NCBI RefSeq assembly: GCF_006345805.1
Contig: NC_043005.1
Coordinates: forward strand, 24,986,001-25,050,000
DNA: 64,000 bases
Direction of reading: 5' to 3'
From: Octopus sinensis
Taxonomy: Eukaryota
Under the pieces are notes generated by a model. The model ran no database searches, was not told where the DNA came from, and worked only from the letters and a program-made list of their open reading frames with translations. Made by a program: the position numbers and the translations under genes. How positions within the stretch are numbered: the stretch's first letter is position 1; each line of letters opens with the position of its first letter. This document shows positions 26,153 to 39,760 of this stretch, piece after piece.

Positions 26153-26184
<32 letters not shown>

Positions 26185-26186
<2 letters not shown>

Positions 26187-26455
26187 TAATATTCTGAGAC
26201 CTCCTTCGGTTACGACACTCACCATAGAACTGCACCTAGAAAGCTACCCTCCCAGGCACAATTCCGGGCAAGGTTGTTTATGGAAGACCAGCAGTGGCCC
26301 ACGCCACCAGTGTTATTCAAGGGACAGGCAAGGGCCGATACAGCTTGGCACCTGTGACATTGCAACTCATTTCTACAACTGACTGAACTGGAGCAACGTG
26401 AAATAAAGTGTCTTGCTCAAGAACACAACACGCAGCCCGGTCCGGGATTCGAACA
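26185..26455 (-). mobile_element. SINE family D fragment (B-box plus TTCTTGAGCAAGACACTT domain)
   Basis: Minus: GTTCGAATCCCGGACCGGGCTGCGTGTTGTGTTCTTGAGCAAGACACTTTATTTCACGTTGCTCCAG. Confidence 0.6.
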
Positions 26456-26533
26456 GCTGACACTGTAGAACATCTCCAGCATTAGAAGCTGTGCAAAGCA
26501 ATAATAATAATAATAATAATCATAATAATAATA

Positions 26534-26594
<61 letters not shown>

Positions 26595-27339
26595 CTGTTT
26601 CTAACATAAGCACAGTTTCATAAATTTGATAGGAGGGCGTTAGTTAATTACATCAACCTTAGTGCTTGAATGATAATGGGGTAGATATAATGAACTATTC
26701 CATCACCCACCCCCTCCACTTCCAGTGTAGAAAAATATTTTTGTTCGTATTAAAAGTGATGCTTTCGGGATCGATAAAATATGTAGCAGTTATACACTGG
26801 GGTCAATATAATCGACTAACCCACTTCCACGAACTCGGTGGCCTTCTCCCAGAATTTGAAACCATTATTAAAAGTGAGGACTTGATAGAATGGTGTCAGA
26901 CTAAATTCTTTTCAGTATTTTGTTCCTGCTCTTTCCGTTCTGCATTCAAATACCTCATGGTTTATCTTCGCCTTTCATCCCTAAAATCGATAAAATACCA
27001 TTTTCTTATGCGTTCTGATCACATTTGACATTCGCAATACCTGATAATAATGCCCACAACACAAAACAGAACATTATAACAGCACGGAAACAGAATGAAC
27101 CGTAGAGTGTACGAAACGAAAATATTGATCATCTTTATGAAAATTTAATCGGTGAAAACGTATTTGGAACAGACTTACAAATAATTTTGAAGATAGCTTT
27201 AACTGCAATGATATTCGTACTGAGAAAATTACGTAGAATCGTTCAAAACGAAATTATTTTAAAGTTAATCTTGCCACAGAACAGAAGTTTTACATCTGTT
27301 AGAATCTTCACTCATATAAAAAAAAAGTTATATTTTACA

Positions 27340-27506
27340 GCTACCAGTTAAGGATATTGTAGCTGTAACTTATAACTGGGATGGCTAAAGTATTAATACC
27401 TATTATTTTGTTTTTAGCATTGCGCTCTGTTTTTAGTATTGATCTAACTTGTCTATAGTATTCTTTCCTTATTTTCTCTTTCATTTGTGTGCGTTGTATT
27501 TGCATG

Positions 27507-27510
<4 letters not shown>
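27340..27510 (-). mobile_element. Dong/R4-type LINE fragment next to (TAA)n
   Basis: MKEKIRKEYYRQVRSILKTERNAKNKIIGINTLAIPVISYSYNILNW. Confidence 0.7.
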
Positions 27511-27569
<59 letters not shown>

Positions 27570-27578
27570 ATTTTCATT

Positions 27579-27697
27579 GCTTACGGCCATATCACGTTGA
27601 AAGCACCGGTTCTCGTCCGATCACCGAAGTTAAGCAACGTCTAGCCTAGTTAGTACTTAGATGGGTGACCGCTTGGGAAACCTAAGTGCTGTTAGCG
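27579..27697 (+). rRNA. 5S: Solitary 5S rRNA copy (gene or pseudogene)
   Basis: 119 nt, GCTTACGGCCATATCACGTTGAAAGCACCGGTTCTCGTCCGATCACCGAAGTTAAGC...GATGGGTGACCGCTTGGGAA...GCTGTTAGC. A-box and C-box recognisable; one mismatch in helix I; no T4+ terminator directly downstream. Confidence 0.9.
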
Positions 27698-27709
27698 TCA
27701 CACATTTAA

Positions 27710-28005
27710 GCGTAGGAGTGGCTGTGTGGTAAGTAGCTTGCTTACCAACCACATGGTTCCGGTTCAGTCCCACTGCGTGGCACCTTGGGCAAGCGTCTTC
27801 GGGCCGACCAAAGCCTTGTGAGTTGATTTGGTAGACAGAAACTGAAAGAAGCCCGTTGTATATATGTATATATATATATATTCAGCAAAAGAGACCGATA
27901 GAATAAATACTAGGCTTACAAAGACTAAGTCCTGGGGTCGATTTGCTCGACTAAAGGCTGTGCTCCAGCATGGCCACAGTCAAATGACTGAAACAAGTGA
28001 AAAGT
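27710..28005 (+). mobile_element. SINE family A (internally shortened) immediately downstream of the 5S copy
   Basis: GCGTAGGAGTGGCTGTGTGGTAAG head starts ~12 nt after the 5S end. Confidence 0.85.
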
Positions 28006-28666
28006 ATAGTGTCTTTACGTTCTGAGTTCAAATTCTGCAGAGGTCGACTTTGTCTTTGATTCTTTCGGTATCTTTAAATTAAGCACTAGTTGAGTCCTGG
28101 AATCAATAGAATCGATTAGCCCAACACCCAATGCTTCATACCTTGTGCCTATGACGGAAAAAGGTCATCCTCCTACTCCTCCTTCTCATCATCATCATCA
28201 CTATAATCATCATCCCTCATAGTCATAATATTCTGAATGCTCTGAACGTGAACCTCTTTATCACCACCACCACCACCACCACCACCACCACCACCACCAC
28301 CATCATCAGTAGATTATTATTATCATCAGATTTCTCGACATCACTGGCAGCGGTGACGATGCCATGTTCCTCACCACCAAAGAACAACTCTCATCGCCAC
28401 AGACGATATCACCGACGTCCCACAATCCTTACCCCTCCAACCACAACTACCACCACCACCACCACCGCATTCTGCTTCGTATTCATCTCTGCTTCTACGA
28501 TGCATCCACTTCATCCATCCTCATCTTTTTATATTACTTTTCAAAAAACAAAACAAAAACCCCCAAAAAACAAAAGAAATTTTAAAGTATGTTTCTATGA
28601 TGGAATCAGCTGAAATAACAAAAAAATATTAAAAGGATAGCACCGCTTATTACACACACACACACA

Positions 28667-28741
<75 letters not shown>

Positions 28742-28959
28742 CATTAACATACATTTATATATATACGCATGTGTGTTTGTTGTTGTAATCACTCATGTCC
28801 ATATCATATATTGTGTGCCTCTGTACGTTTGTATCCTCACAAGTGTGTATACATATATTCATATGCGCACACTCACGGAAGCACATATAATATGCATATA
28901 TATTTATAAATTTAGTGTGTCTGTGGTGTATACGTATGTATGGGCGTATGAACATTAAT

Positions 28960-28962
28960 GTT

Positions 28963-29032
<70 letters not shown>

Positions 29033-29587
29033 TTATAATATATATATACATATATACATATACACATATACAGATTTATATGGATCCATTTGTGCGATGA
29101 GTTTTCAGCTTATACACACATATATAAATACGTGTATACACACAGGAATATTTGTACAAATATGTGCATATATAAGTATATACGTGCAGACACACACACA
29201 CATATATATATGCATGCACACATGAATATATACATACATTATGTGTCTATTATGCAAGTAAACACACAGGTGCGCGTGCACATATAAATATATACATCAG
29301 TATTCATACATGTATGTAAATGTGTCAGTTTAAATGTATGTAACGATTATGTGTAAGGCTATCGATATGCCTGAATATATGATTGAATGTTTTTAAAAAT
29401 CATATATGAAGTATTGATACATGAATTTATTGAAAATAGGGTTTTGAGAATGGGAGTAAGAGATTCTGTACTTGTGCGCGTGTCTTCGTGTGTTTTCTGT
29501 CTATCTATCTATCTATCTATCCATCCATCCATCCATCCATCCATCCATCCATCCATCCATCCATCCATCCATCTATCTATCTATCTG

Positions 29588-29658
<71 letters not shown>

Positions 29659-30104
29659 CTCTCTCTCTATATATATATATCTATCTACCTATCTATATGC
29701 ATATATATGTGTGTGTATATGTGTGTACACGTAAGTATTTGGGTGTGAGAACATGTTGGTGGAAGGTGAAATACTTTTTACGCGTGTAAGAGTGCATTTG
29801 TGTACTCACATATGTATATGTATGTACATATAAATATATGTGTGTAAATGTGTATATGTGTAAATATATACATATATATTTATGTTTACAGAGAGAAGGG
29901 GAGAGAGAGGGAGAAAAGGGAGAAAAAGAAAGAAACATTCACACATGTGTATACGCATGCATGCACACGTACGCATTTATGTAAACATACATAAATATAA
30001 TATATATATATATATTGATATATATATATATATATATAATATTGTATATATATATTAATATATATATGTATATATATATACATTAACTATATATATACAC
30101 ATTA

Positions 30105-30149
<45 letters not shown>

Positions 30150-30668
30150 ATATATGTATATATATAATATATATATGCATGCAACCACATGTAGGTTCAC
30201 ACCACAGATATAGAAAGAGAACAAGAAAGAGAATGAAAGACAGAGAGATACACACACACACATAAATATACATATATAAATATTCACATGTTTGATAAGT
30301 ATCGATTTATCAATGTAACTGCATGGAATATTGATTTTTTTTTTACTCAAAGACAATATGTTTATAAGAAAAAGAAGAAAAAAAAAATTTTTTCATACAT
30401 TGCACAGTGGTAAAATAACATTTTAAAACAACATAAGCTCAAATGTATTTCAAAAATGCTTTAGCAAAAGCTATTATAAATTAGATGCAGATATTCCTGA
30501 ACACATATCATAATCTAGGATGTTATCAAGCACATTGCCCATACTTACTCATACGGAGGCGTATGGGATAGGATTGAATGCAGAAACATATATAGGTCCA
30601 ACTACGGATTTGTGAAATGTGTAGGTTATGTTTGCATCAATATTTTGAAAATAATTTTGCGGCGTATA

Positions 30669-30731
<63 letters not shown>

Positions 30732-31140
30732 TATATACATATATATATATATACCATACATATATATACATAATATATACAATACATCTATTATATATAC
30801 ATGCATATTATATTGTATATAATTGATAATTATGTATGTATGTATATGTATATGTATATATATATACACAGCTATAAAATATATGTATCCTCATGCATAT
30901 CTGCGTACGAAATAGAATTTTAAATAATAAATGTCATCTACACACACATACACACATGTGCATTATATATGTATTATTGAATCCTATACAGACATACATA
31001 CATGCTTACATACATGTATATATGTGTGTATGTATATCTATATACTTGAGTGTGCAGATTAATATATACATTATATATCGACATGTATATATACATATAA
31101 ATAAATAAATATATATATTGCATATGTATAATATATATAT

Positions 31141-31204
<64 letters not shown>

Positions 31205-31330
31205 CAGATACGGAGGAATTTTAGAAAATTTTGCATAATAAAGCTGTTATATATCTATATGTATATATGTATATATATAGATACACACGTGTGTGTGTGT
31301 GTGTGTGTGTATGTGTGTGTGTGTGAGTGC
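28960..31330. repeat. Compound microsatellite-rich region ((TA)n, (CCAT)n, (CTAT)n, (TG)n)
   Basis: Seen directly; source of the many YI/CV ORFs. Confidence 0.9.
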
Positions 31331-31766
31331 GTGCGTGTATGCGCGTGTCGGTCGCGGTTGGTCGGATGGTTGAGCTTGCATGCTTATTTTCCTAGTTTTA
31401 TTGTCGAATTTCTACTCATCAGGATGAGTCAGTTTCTAAACTTGAAGCAAGGCTCCTTCACTGGAATTTAGGCAACATCAAAAAGGTAGTCATATATGTA
31501 TTTATGTATGCACGTCTCTATGTATATATGTGTACATGTGTGCATATACATAGGGATGTGCACATGAATACATGGTTGCAGGTATGGATGTCTCTGCATA
31601 TCTGGGTCTTATTACATTCCAAGCTTCTGGAATGTTTTACATATTTTGACAGTAACTTCGACGTATTTGTTATTTCTTGATAAGGCGTGTTCATTCTGGT
31701 TCTGCGAAACCAATATTCTCAAGACTGGTGCTGACACAGTCACATCACTGGACGCCCTAATAATCC

Positions 31767-31982
31767 TTTCTTCTAAAGGCACAAGGCCCGAAACTTTTGG
31801 TGAGGGGTTAAGTCGATTACATCGGCCCCAGTACTCAACTGGTACTTAATTTATCGACTCCCGAAAGAGTAAAAAGGCAATGTCGACCTCGGCGGGATTT
31901 GAACTCAGAACATAGCGGCAGGCAAAAACTCCACTAAGCAATTCGTCCGGCGTGCTAAGGATTCTGCCAACCGGGCACCTTC
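31767..31982 (-). mobile_element. SINE family B
   Basis: Reverse complement of B consensus. Confidence 0.85.
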
Positions 31983-31989
31983 GGGACGC

Positions 31990-32820
31990 TCTGATAATAA
32001 TAACATGAAACCTACAGCTTAAGTCCCTATGGAGTAATTGCAAATTTCTCATCAGTCTGGCCAAAGTCTTTTTCGTTGATTCTGATGCCATTTGGCGTGC
32101 GACTGATTTCAACTGGTGTGAAGTATTTCTTTTGCTGTTCTCAGATTATTATATTTGGTATGTTCCGCTTGCACTTTATTGAAGTCTTTGGGATATTTCA
32201 CGAATATTCTTTCATATAATTTGTGTAATTATCCCTTCCGCACTACTATAGGTTCTTACATTTGTAGGCTCAGGATTTCCCTTTCTACACATTTTCTTCT
32301 ATAATTTTCTAGCCATGTCATCAACCCTCATCGGTAACTAACAATAAAACATTTTCGGACAACTTTTTATGTTGTGGGAAACATCCTCGGTGTTAATTTC
32401 ACACTCTTCATTGGTTGTCACATTTAGGTGCATCTTCTGTATCTCTATCTTTCGTGTACCAGAGTGGTTTTGAAAGGAGGAGAGGGTGTGCTTCTTGTAA
32501 AAGCATACATATCTGTCGTCACTTCACGATGAATTACTTTGATTATCTGCTTCTGGTACACTGAAATTTTCTGGGAAGATGGCCAAACATGATCTTTTGC
32601 TGGTATGTACACAGCCTCTCTTCTGATGGCCTGTTGTGGCAGAATTCTCCAACTTCAATTCATATGCTCGGTCAAGAGTCAGAGAATATTTTCTAATTAA
32701 CTCCTTTACAACTCTCGTGATGTTATCTGGTTCATGTACGCAAGATAATACATGGCTGGGTTTCAACAATTGATGGTTTGCTGTTGTCAAAGGGATATGA
32801 TGCGACACTCAAAAGCTGTT
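31990..32820 (-). mobile_element. Decayed RLE-type LINE C-terminal region (CCHC knuckle and nuclease remnants)
   Basis: Degenerate ..APKCDN..RV.EINTEDVSHNIKSCPKM..LPMR.D.. and ..RNIPNIII.EQQKK..VEIS.. motifs; many stops. Confidence 0.5.
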
Positions 32821-33109
32821 TGAATTAATAGTAAGCTTTTAGAGTTTGCCATCGTTTTAAGTAGAGACGGTGCATATCATTGTTGATGCGAATATTTCTG
32901 ATACATGTTAACAATTTCAGGTTTTATCACCAATCGCTAGGTTTCATCTAGTTTCCAATCAAATAGTTTAGATTTTGGCATGAGTGCAGCATCAGTAAAT
33001 ACATTGGAGGTTGTGAAGGAAGTTCTGAGAACCATGTTTTCTTTATCCTGGTGTTATCCACGGTTTCGCATTCCTCTTACAGGCTTGCATCTTAAAAGGT
33101 GTAGAAGGA

Positions 33110-33265
33110 GGAAAAGAAGAAGAGGAAGACGAAAGAGGAGACGACGACAACGATGACAATGATGATGATGATGATGATGCAGAAGAAGACGAAGAAGGAG
33201 AAGAAGAAGAAGAAGAAGAAGAAGAAGAAGAAGAAGAAGAAGAAGAAGAAGAAGAAGGATGAGGA

Positions 33266-33312
<47 letters not shown>

Positions 33313-33340
33313 AAAAGAGAAGAAGAAGAAGAAGGTGATG
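33110..33340. repeat. (AAG)n/(GAT)n microsatellite
   Basis: Seen directly. Confidence 0.95.
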
Positions 33341-34018
33341 GTACATGAGTATTAAAACATAGAAGCGAAGCGGACAATAATATGTGAATGACCGTTAAGA
33401 ATTAAAGATTGATTTGGCCATTAATTTTGAGGAACGTTATTGTGTTATATAACTTGAGATCATTGAAGCATGAAAGCAAAGAGGAGTGAAGAGAGACAAA
33501 TTGTGTGACGACATCGGCATGAAGGCCATATCACGTCATGGTTATATTTTCAGCCATTCTTAGTCAGGTGTTCTTTCTCAGAAATGTTTGTATATGTTAC
33601 CAGGTGTGGGTCAATATAAAGGTCCTCACCCGTTAACGAAAACAAAAAAGACCCCAACCTGCTGGGTGTTAACAACTGTATAGAAAACGATTATGAAAAA
33701 AAAAAAAAAATGGCGCAAACGAACCTGGGTGGGTGGGGAGAGGTTTTCGGAAAATTCACAAGATCTGATTTTTCCCTCATAACTTTCAGGAAAATGGATA
33801 TAAATTGATTTTTCTTACGGAACCCTACGTTTTAGGCTATGGAGAATCCGTTTCTGGTAAATATTGTTTGTAAAATTTCAATTTTTCAAAAAAAAATCCC
33901 CGAACTCCCTCCCCACCCAATTCTACAGCCTTGGCCTTCAAACAGGCTACCCACATGCTAGAAATATCAAGCAAATCTCACAAAAAATCTTACAAAACTA
34001 TCTCTAACACAATTTTGC

Positions 34019-34061
<43 letters not shown>

Positions 34062-34126
34062 GGTCCCGGGTTGAGTCGGGGTTAACCACAGTAAATAAGG
34101 TACTCAATACATAGCAGAGTAAATTA

Positions 34127-34265
34127 ATTTATTTTATAGAAGGAGCTTCTACAGGACTAGAACTTTTTTCATTCAAAAGAAATCATCAGGAAGCTCAGAG
34201 CTTCCTGATGATTTCTTTTGAATGAAACATTCTAGTCCTGTAGAAGCTCCTTCTATAAAATAAAT
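34127..34265. repeat. Fold-back inverted repeat (~69-bp arms, 1-nt spacer) in a (TA)n-flanked cassette 34059-34265
   Basis: ...AATCATCAGGAAGCTC-A-GAGCTTCCTGATGATT...; the arms differ only at one short patch. Confidence 0.9.
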
Positions 34266-34334
34266 ATATTATATATATATATCATATATATATTATATAT
34301 TACACACACACACACAGACACAGACACAGACACA

Positions 34335-34378
<44 letters not shown>

Positions 34379-34509
34379 ATGCACATGCGCATTGTTTGTT
34401 TTTGATTTTGTCGACTACACAGTATAGTAGGGGCAGTAGGACACCGTCTGTGAAAAAACACCACCATGACGCAATTCACTCTGCCAGAAATTTGGAAACG
34501 ATTTGCTGT

Positions 34510-35250
34510 CATTCATCATCATCATTGTTCGACCGTGGTCGAGACAATGGAATTTACCATGCTACGCCAGACTTCACGGTCCATCATGGCATTACGGAGG
34601 TCCTGTTGTTGGATGCCCGTATCCCTGGAGATTACATCAGGGTAGGAGAGTGTGCGCCCTCTGGTATTGCGAGTAGATCGCTTCCAGAGGAGAAGAGTAG
34701 AAATTACTTCTTTTTCAGTTCTACAACAATGTCCAGCAAACTGGACTCTCCTACCTTTCACAAGAGATGACACAGGTGGTAGTTTCCCATATATTTGCAT
34801 TTTGGTTGGATGGCGCTTCCACGAGAGATTTTGAGCTCTCATAAGGAGGCGAGTGTAGGTTCTATCCAACCGCCTCTCAAGCTTCTTTGATAACGTCCAG
34901 GTTTCTGAGCCATATAGTAGAATTGGTTCGACTGTGGCTTTGAATATTTCAAGTTTGAAGTCTCTACTTAGATTTGATAACCAGATCTTATGCATGTCAT
35001 TACAGGCTGACCAGGCTATACCCTTTCTAGTTAGAAAGTTTTTCCAGATGATGATGTAGACCCAGAATATTTATAATCAGAAACCATATTTAAGGGCGCA
35101 TTGTTGAGAGTATGGATGATGCAATCACTGTTGGACAGCACTTGTTTATGTATTCAGTTTTGGCCTCATTGAGGTAAAGACCTACACAATTTGAGGCTTG
35201 TTCAAGAGATTGTAAAATAGACTGGGCATTGGAGAGAGAATCACTGTACT
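34510..35250 (-). mobile_element. 5'-truncated RTE-clade LINE
   Basis: ORF 34522-34995 (FKATVEPILLYGSETWTL..RRVQFAGHC..DREVWRSMV) plus TGATGATGA-type tail. Confidence 0.85.
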
Positions 35251-35254
35251 GTTT

Positions 35255-35970
35255 GGCATTCGCACCAGAAATTCCGATACGAACATTTCAGAGTATTCGG
35301 GCGTCAAACAGAGGATAGTGCAATCTGAGAACATGTTCCGTGAGTGATAAAATCAAACATCCAGTCAGCATCATGGTGTTTGGAGTGATCACTAGTGATG
35401 GCGATGTTATGCCTCCATTCATCCTCCCACACTGCCTCACATTCAACACGGAAGCCTACATCAAGTATCTGGAGCAGGTAGTGCTGCCCTGGGGGAAGAG
35501 GGTGGCTGCTGGAAGACCCTCTGTCTAAGGACTCTGCACCTCAAGCAGGAGAATCCAGTCATTGCTGTCAGACAATTTCTGCGAACATATCACCCCTAAC
35601 ATCTGGCAATCTAAATCCCCCGCCTGCAACCCCTTTGATTATTATGTGTGAGGTGTAGTTGAGCGAGGGATCAGCAAGACTACTTTTAATACCAAAGATG
35701 AACTGAAGGCAAGGATTATGGCAGCATTCACCAACTTAAACAAGGAGACCGTCCAGAAGAGTTGCAGGAGATTCCGAAGTCGTCTGGAAGCCGTGGTTGA
35801 AACCGATGGCGATTTTATTGAATAAATTTACTGTTTAGTATTTCAAGATATTTTAATGTAATTTTGGTAAATATATCTGTTAAAATGAGATGTCAGTGTT
35901 ATTTTCGTAATTATTATTTTTGTTACTAAATGTTATTTTTGCGTAATTTAGACAATTCATTCACCGCGTC

Positions 35971-35973
<3 letters not shown>
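35255..35973 (+). mobile_element. Internally deleted maT/DD37D-like Tc1/mariner element
   Basis: KHPVSIMVFGVITSDGDVMPPF, DSAP, CNPFDYYV (third catalytic D) and RFRSRLEAVVETDGDFIE*; ends CCTG|TA. Confidence 0.75.
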
Positions 35974-36044
<71 letters not shown>

Positions 36045-36158
36045 TGGAAATGCTTATATGTGCATGTATGAATACGCATGTATGAGTATCAATATGCTCA
36101 TGTGTTTATGGATTTTGTTGCGCATTTATCTCTCTATCCACACACACCACACACACAA

Positions 36159-36196
<38 letters not shown>

Positions 36197-37599
36197 TACA
36201 AGTATGTCACAAAGCACAGGCATAACCCACAACCATTCAGGCACACGTATATTTTACATTCGTTTCGTATTCGTTCTTCGCTCATTTTCTTTCAACATTG
36301 CGTTTATTTAATAGTATTATCACCTCACCGCCACCCTTTCAAAAAAAATCTTTTTGCCATTCAACTATTAATGATATTGGCAGCAATTGCTCTGATGGTA
36401 GCCTGAGAATTGATGGAATATCGGTGGCTGAGAGCTATTTCACAGATAAAATGGAGTATTTGAATGAAAAAAAAAATAACAGCAACATAAAAATTGAAAA
36501 TAACAACCGAACGATAGTTTGTTTCTAAATGACTGATAACGAAAAGATTAAATGAAACCAACTTCGAATAAAATGATTTCTTACTGTGAAAAGAACGAGG
36601 TTAATTGCGAGCCAACGGCATGCTGAAAGCAGCAGCCGAATTTCCCTCCACTTGGACAATACTTAGAAGATAGGAGAAATATACGGGTTAAGGTGGATCA
36701 GGTTTGTTTGAACCATGCTAAGCACATGACAGTACTATCATCTCAGGGAGTAATTTCTTCGTGTGGTTGTTCAATCAGGGCTGAAGAGAGGTTGAAGGAA
36801 AGAGGTAATATATATTACTGGTATGTCTGTGTTAATACGACCCGATGAGGGAACTTCTTCGTGTTCGTCTCATTTGAAAAAAGAAAAAAGAAGCAAAGAA
36901 TTCTTCTTCAAATGTCACCCAGTTGTTTCAAAAGAAAAAAAAGATATGTTGCAAAATATGGGGATGGTCGCAGCTGGAATAACTTTGATCATAGGTCTGC
37001 TTAAACAGGGATGACTAGAGACTGAATATTGAATACAGGTAGCAGTTACTATTTATTAACAGAGGAAGGATGGAATGGAAAAACATATTTATGGAAAACC
37101 CTAATAATTTGTTTTGTCGTTTTATACCAGCTGTTGTTGTTATTGATGCTGTCTTAACTGCTTGCCTGGATGGGACAAAGAAGGCTTTTGTAGCTTTGGG
37201 TGAAACATACAGAGATTGTCGTTGGTTTTGTTGCTCTTGTTACAAGCGTTATTGTGGTCCATTTCTATTTACAATTTCGGTTTACGCTTTGCCCTTATCC
37301 TCTGTTTCAAAATTGACTGGTATGGTGTTATATGTTCTCCATCTCTCAATAAAGGAGATCTCACTTAAAGTATCTACAAAACTGTCTCCATCTCCTAGAA
37401 TAGAACAAGGAAAGCACCCATGATTGTAGTAAAACACTGGCAAATTATCTTTTTCCTCTTTTTCTGGTGGACTGGGGGAACCCTTCGACTGTGTTGCGAG
37501 CATAATTCTACCAAGCTCAGGTTTTCCTTTTAGTAAAAATGCTGCACGTCTTTTAGTTTTTACTAGGAAAGTAGGAAAGTAATGGCTCTGCATGGATGC

Positions 37600-38205
37600 C
37601 TTTATACTAGAAGTAACGTAGCAAGACTATACCAACTTAGGAAGCAAGGGTGAAGAGGACTGTTTGGAATAGATGATTGTGTTGTGAAGGAGATCAAGTC
37701 CTTGCATGCCTATCTGAAGAATAGTAATGAAAGAATGTTGCAGGCTGCACTTAAGGAGAAGTTGAATGACAATGGAAAGACCCCCACCCACTTAAGAGTA
37801 CAATTTGAGGACTAACAGGGAAAAAAACATCAACTGGAAAGAGAAAGTTTTACATGGAGAGTGTTTTCAATAAACAGCGAATGAAGCTGATGAAGAATCC
37901 TGGAGCTGGTTTAGATATGACTCTTTAAAGAAGGAAACGGAAGAATTGATTTTTGATGTTCAAAAACACGCTTTACGTAATATCAATTGTAGCATTGATA
38001 AGGCAGCCGAATCACCGTTGTGTTGGTCGTATGTGGAAATAATCTGAGACATATATATAATTAGTGGATGCTCCAAACTAGCCCGAAAGGAATAAAAAAC
38101 AAAACAAAAATGCCATGATAAAGTAGCAGTGCAAATATACTGGGGGTGTGTGTGTGTGCAAGAAGTATGGACTTGAATGTTTCAACAAGTGGTATGAGCA
38201 CTGAT
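37600..38205 (+). mobile_element. Decayed Dong/R4-type LINE fragment, with (TAA)n shortly downstream
   Basis: RSNVARLY..RKQG.RGL, WKEKVLHG, LKKETEELI, ISGCSKLA..E.K..HDKVA. Confidence 0.7.
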
Positions 38206-38286
38206 CTTTATCTGTAGCAGAGAATAGGACATATCAATATAATGATAATAATGATAATAATAATAATAATAATAATAGTAATAATG

Positions 38287-38337
<51 letters not shown>

Positions 38338-38389
38338 TTCCTTTATAATAAATATGCTATCTAACTGAAGCACAAGGACAATAGTTTTG

Positions 38390-39090
38390 AGGAATTACTC
38401 TTTACCACTGACCCCAGTACTTTTCTAAGATTTCCTTTTACCGACCCCTTAGAGGCAACATTGTTCTCAGTAAGATCTGAACTCGAAACGAAAAAACACC
38501 GAAATGTATTTCTCCCCGACGTGCTAAACGATTCGTTGCTATTAACTATTGCGTGCGATAAATATGTTACTAATTTATCGATCAGTGATTAGTCATTCTA
38601 GTCTTTCATAAATAATATTTCCTCTTACATATTCTCCAGAAGCTGTTGTTGCAACTTGAACAAATGAGGGAGGCTCTGCGTCGTCACTGATTCTGCTTGA
38701 ATCAACAACTAAATCTCCCTCAAATCACCGTTAAAAACACGAAATACACGTTTGATAACAGCTATCGACGCATTGCCTCAAATAAAGTCTGGATGGCCAT
38801 GGCTGGGATACTAACTAGAAGGTCTTGCGAGATTACATAACAATAACAACAATATATTGTAATTACATATCAATATTTCCCATGTTAATGGCGGTGAGCT
38901 GGCCGAATCATTATCAAAATATTTTGTGGCATTTCGACCATCTTTACGTTCTGAGTTCAAAAGCCGCCGAGGTCAGGTTTACTTTTCATTCTTTCGGGGT
39001 TGATAAAACAAGTACCAGTTGGGTACTGGGGTCAATGTAATCGATTTATCCTCTACCCGATCTTGCTGGCCTTGTGCCAATATTTGAAAT
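38390..39090. mobile_element. Two diverged SINE family B copies (38390-38540 minus; 38885-39090 plus)
   Basis: Similarity to B consensus. Confidence 0.65.
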
Positions 39091-39099
39091 CAATATTTT

Positions 39100-39760
39100 C
39101 TATGTTACCGGGCGACACCTTACTAGCTAAACTTGTCCGCTGTATAGGTTCTTCAAGCACAAAAGGGTCGTGTCTATGTGACCCTTTCATTTCCACATAG
39201 AAAATCATTTACTTGTTAATCTATTCTTTCATGATTGGAAATAGTTTCGCCAAATCCTTTTCCATTTATCAATACTACTAGCTTTCTAATTGTGTTTCTA
39301 TACAGCTTTGTCTCTTTTTCTTCTCTTATAAAATCTGATTGGTTACCGTTTCTTACAATTTGTCGGTCTTTTCTACAACTATTTAGAATTTCATTTGAAT
39401 ATATTTGGAAATCATCCAATATCTTGTTCTAATAGTGTCCGCATCCTCCAACAATAAGTATATTTATTCTGTTGTTCCAGCAGTTTTTCCCTCAGTAAAA
39501 TCGCTTCTGTTTTTAAAGGAATCGAATGATTTTAACTGAAATTCTGTATATTTTGTTAAATATAAATTTGCATTGCAAATCTAAATTTTGTTTTGTGTAT
39601 TTGCGAAGTTTTTCTTTTTTTTTCTGTTATATTTGTAATGTTTTCACCCAATATAATTTTCCTAACTAAATACTGTCTTGCATTTTTAAAATTCGTAAAT
39701 TTTTGTTACTTTCACTAAATTGTCTTCGCCATACTTTTACATTCATAAATATAAAATGCT
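39100..39760 (-). mobile_element. Possible decayed Tx1/L1-type ORF2 fragment
   Basis: Weak; K/E-rich interrupted frames (LLLEDADT...), no diagnostic motif. Confidence 0.3.

Noticed and set aside
27050-27330. Possible GIY-YIG remnant
   Set aside because: Only vague similarity; the key motifs are not readable.
28248-28613. Thr/His/Pro-rich ORFs
   Set aside because: Driven by (ACC)n/(ATC)n repeats; no splice context.
33600-34020. Possible non-autonomous DNA element or Helentron
   Set aside because: No TIR pair, TSD or terminal hairpin could be defined.
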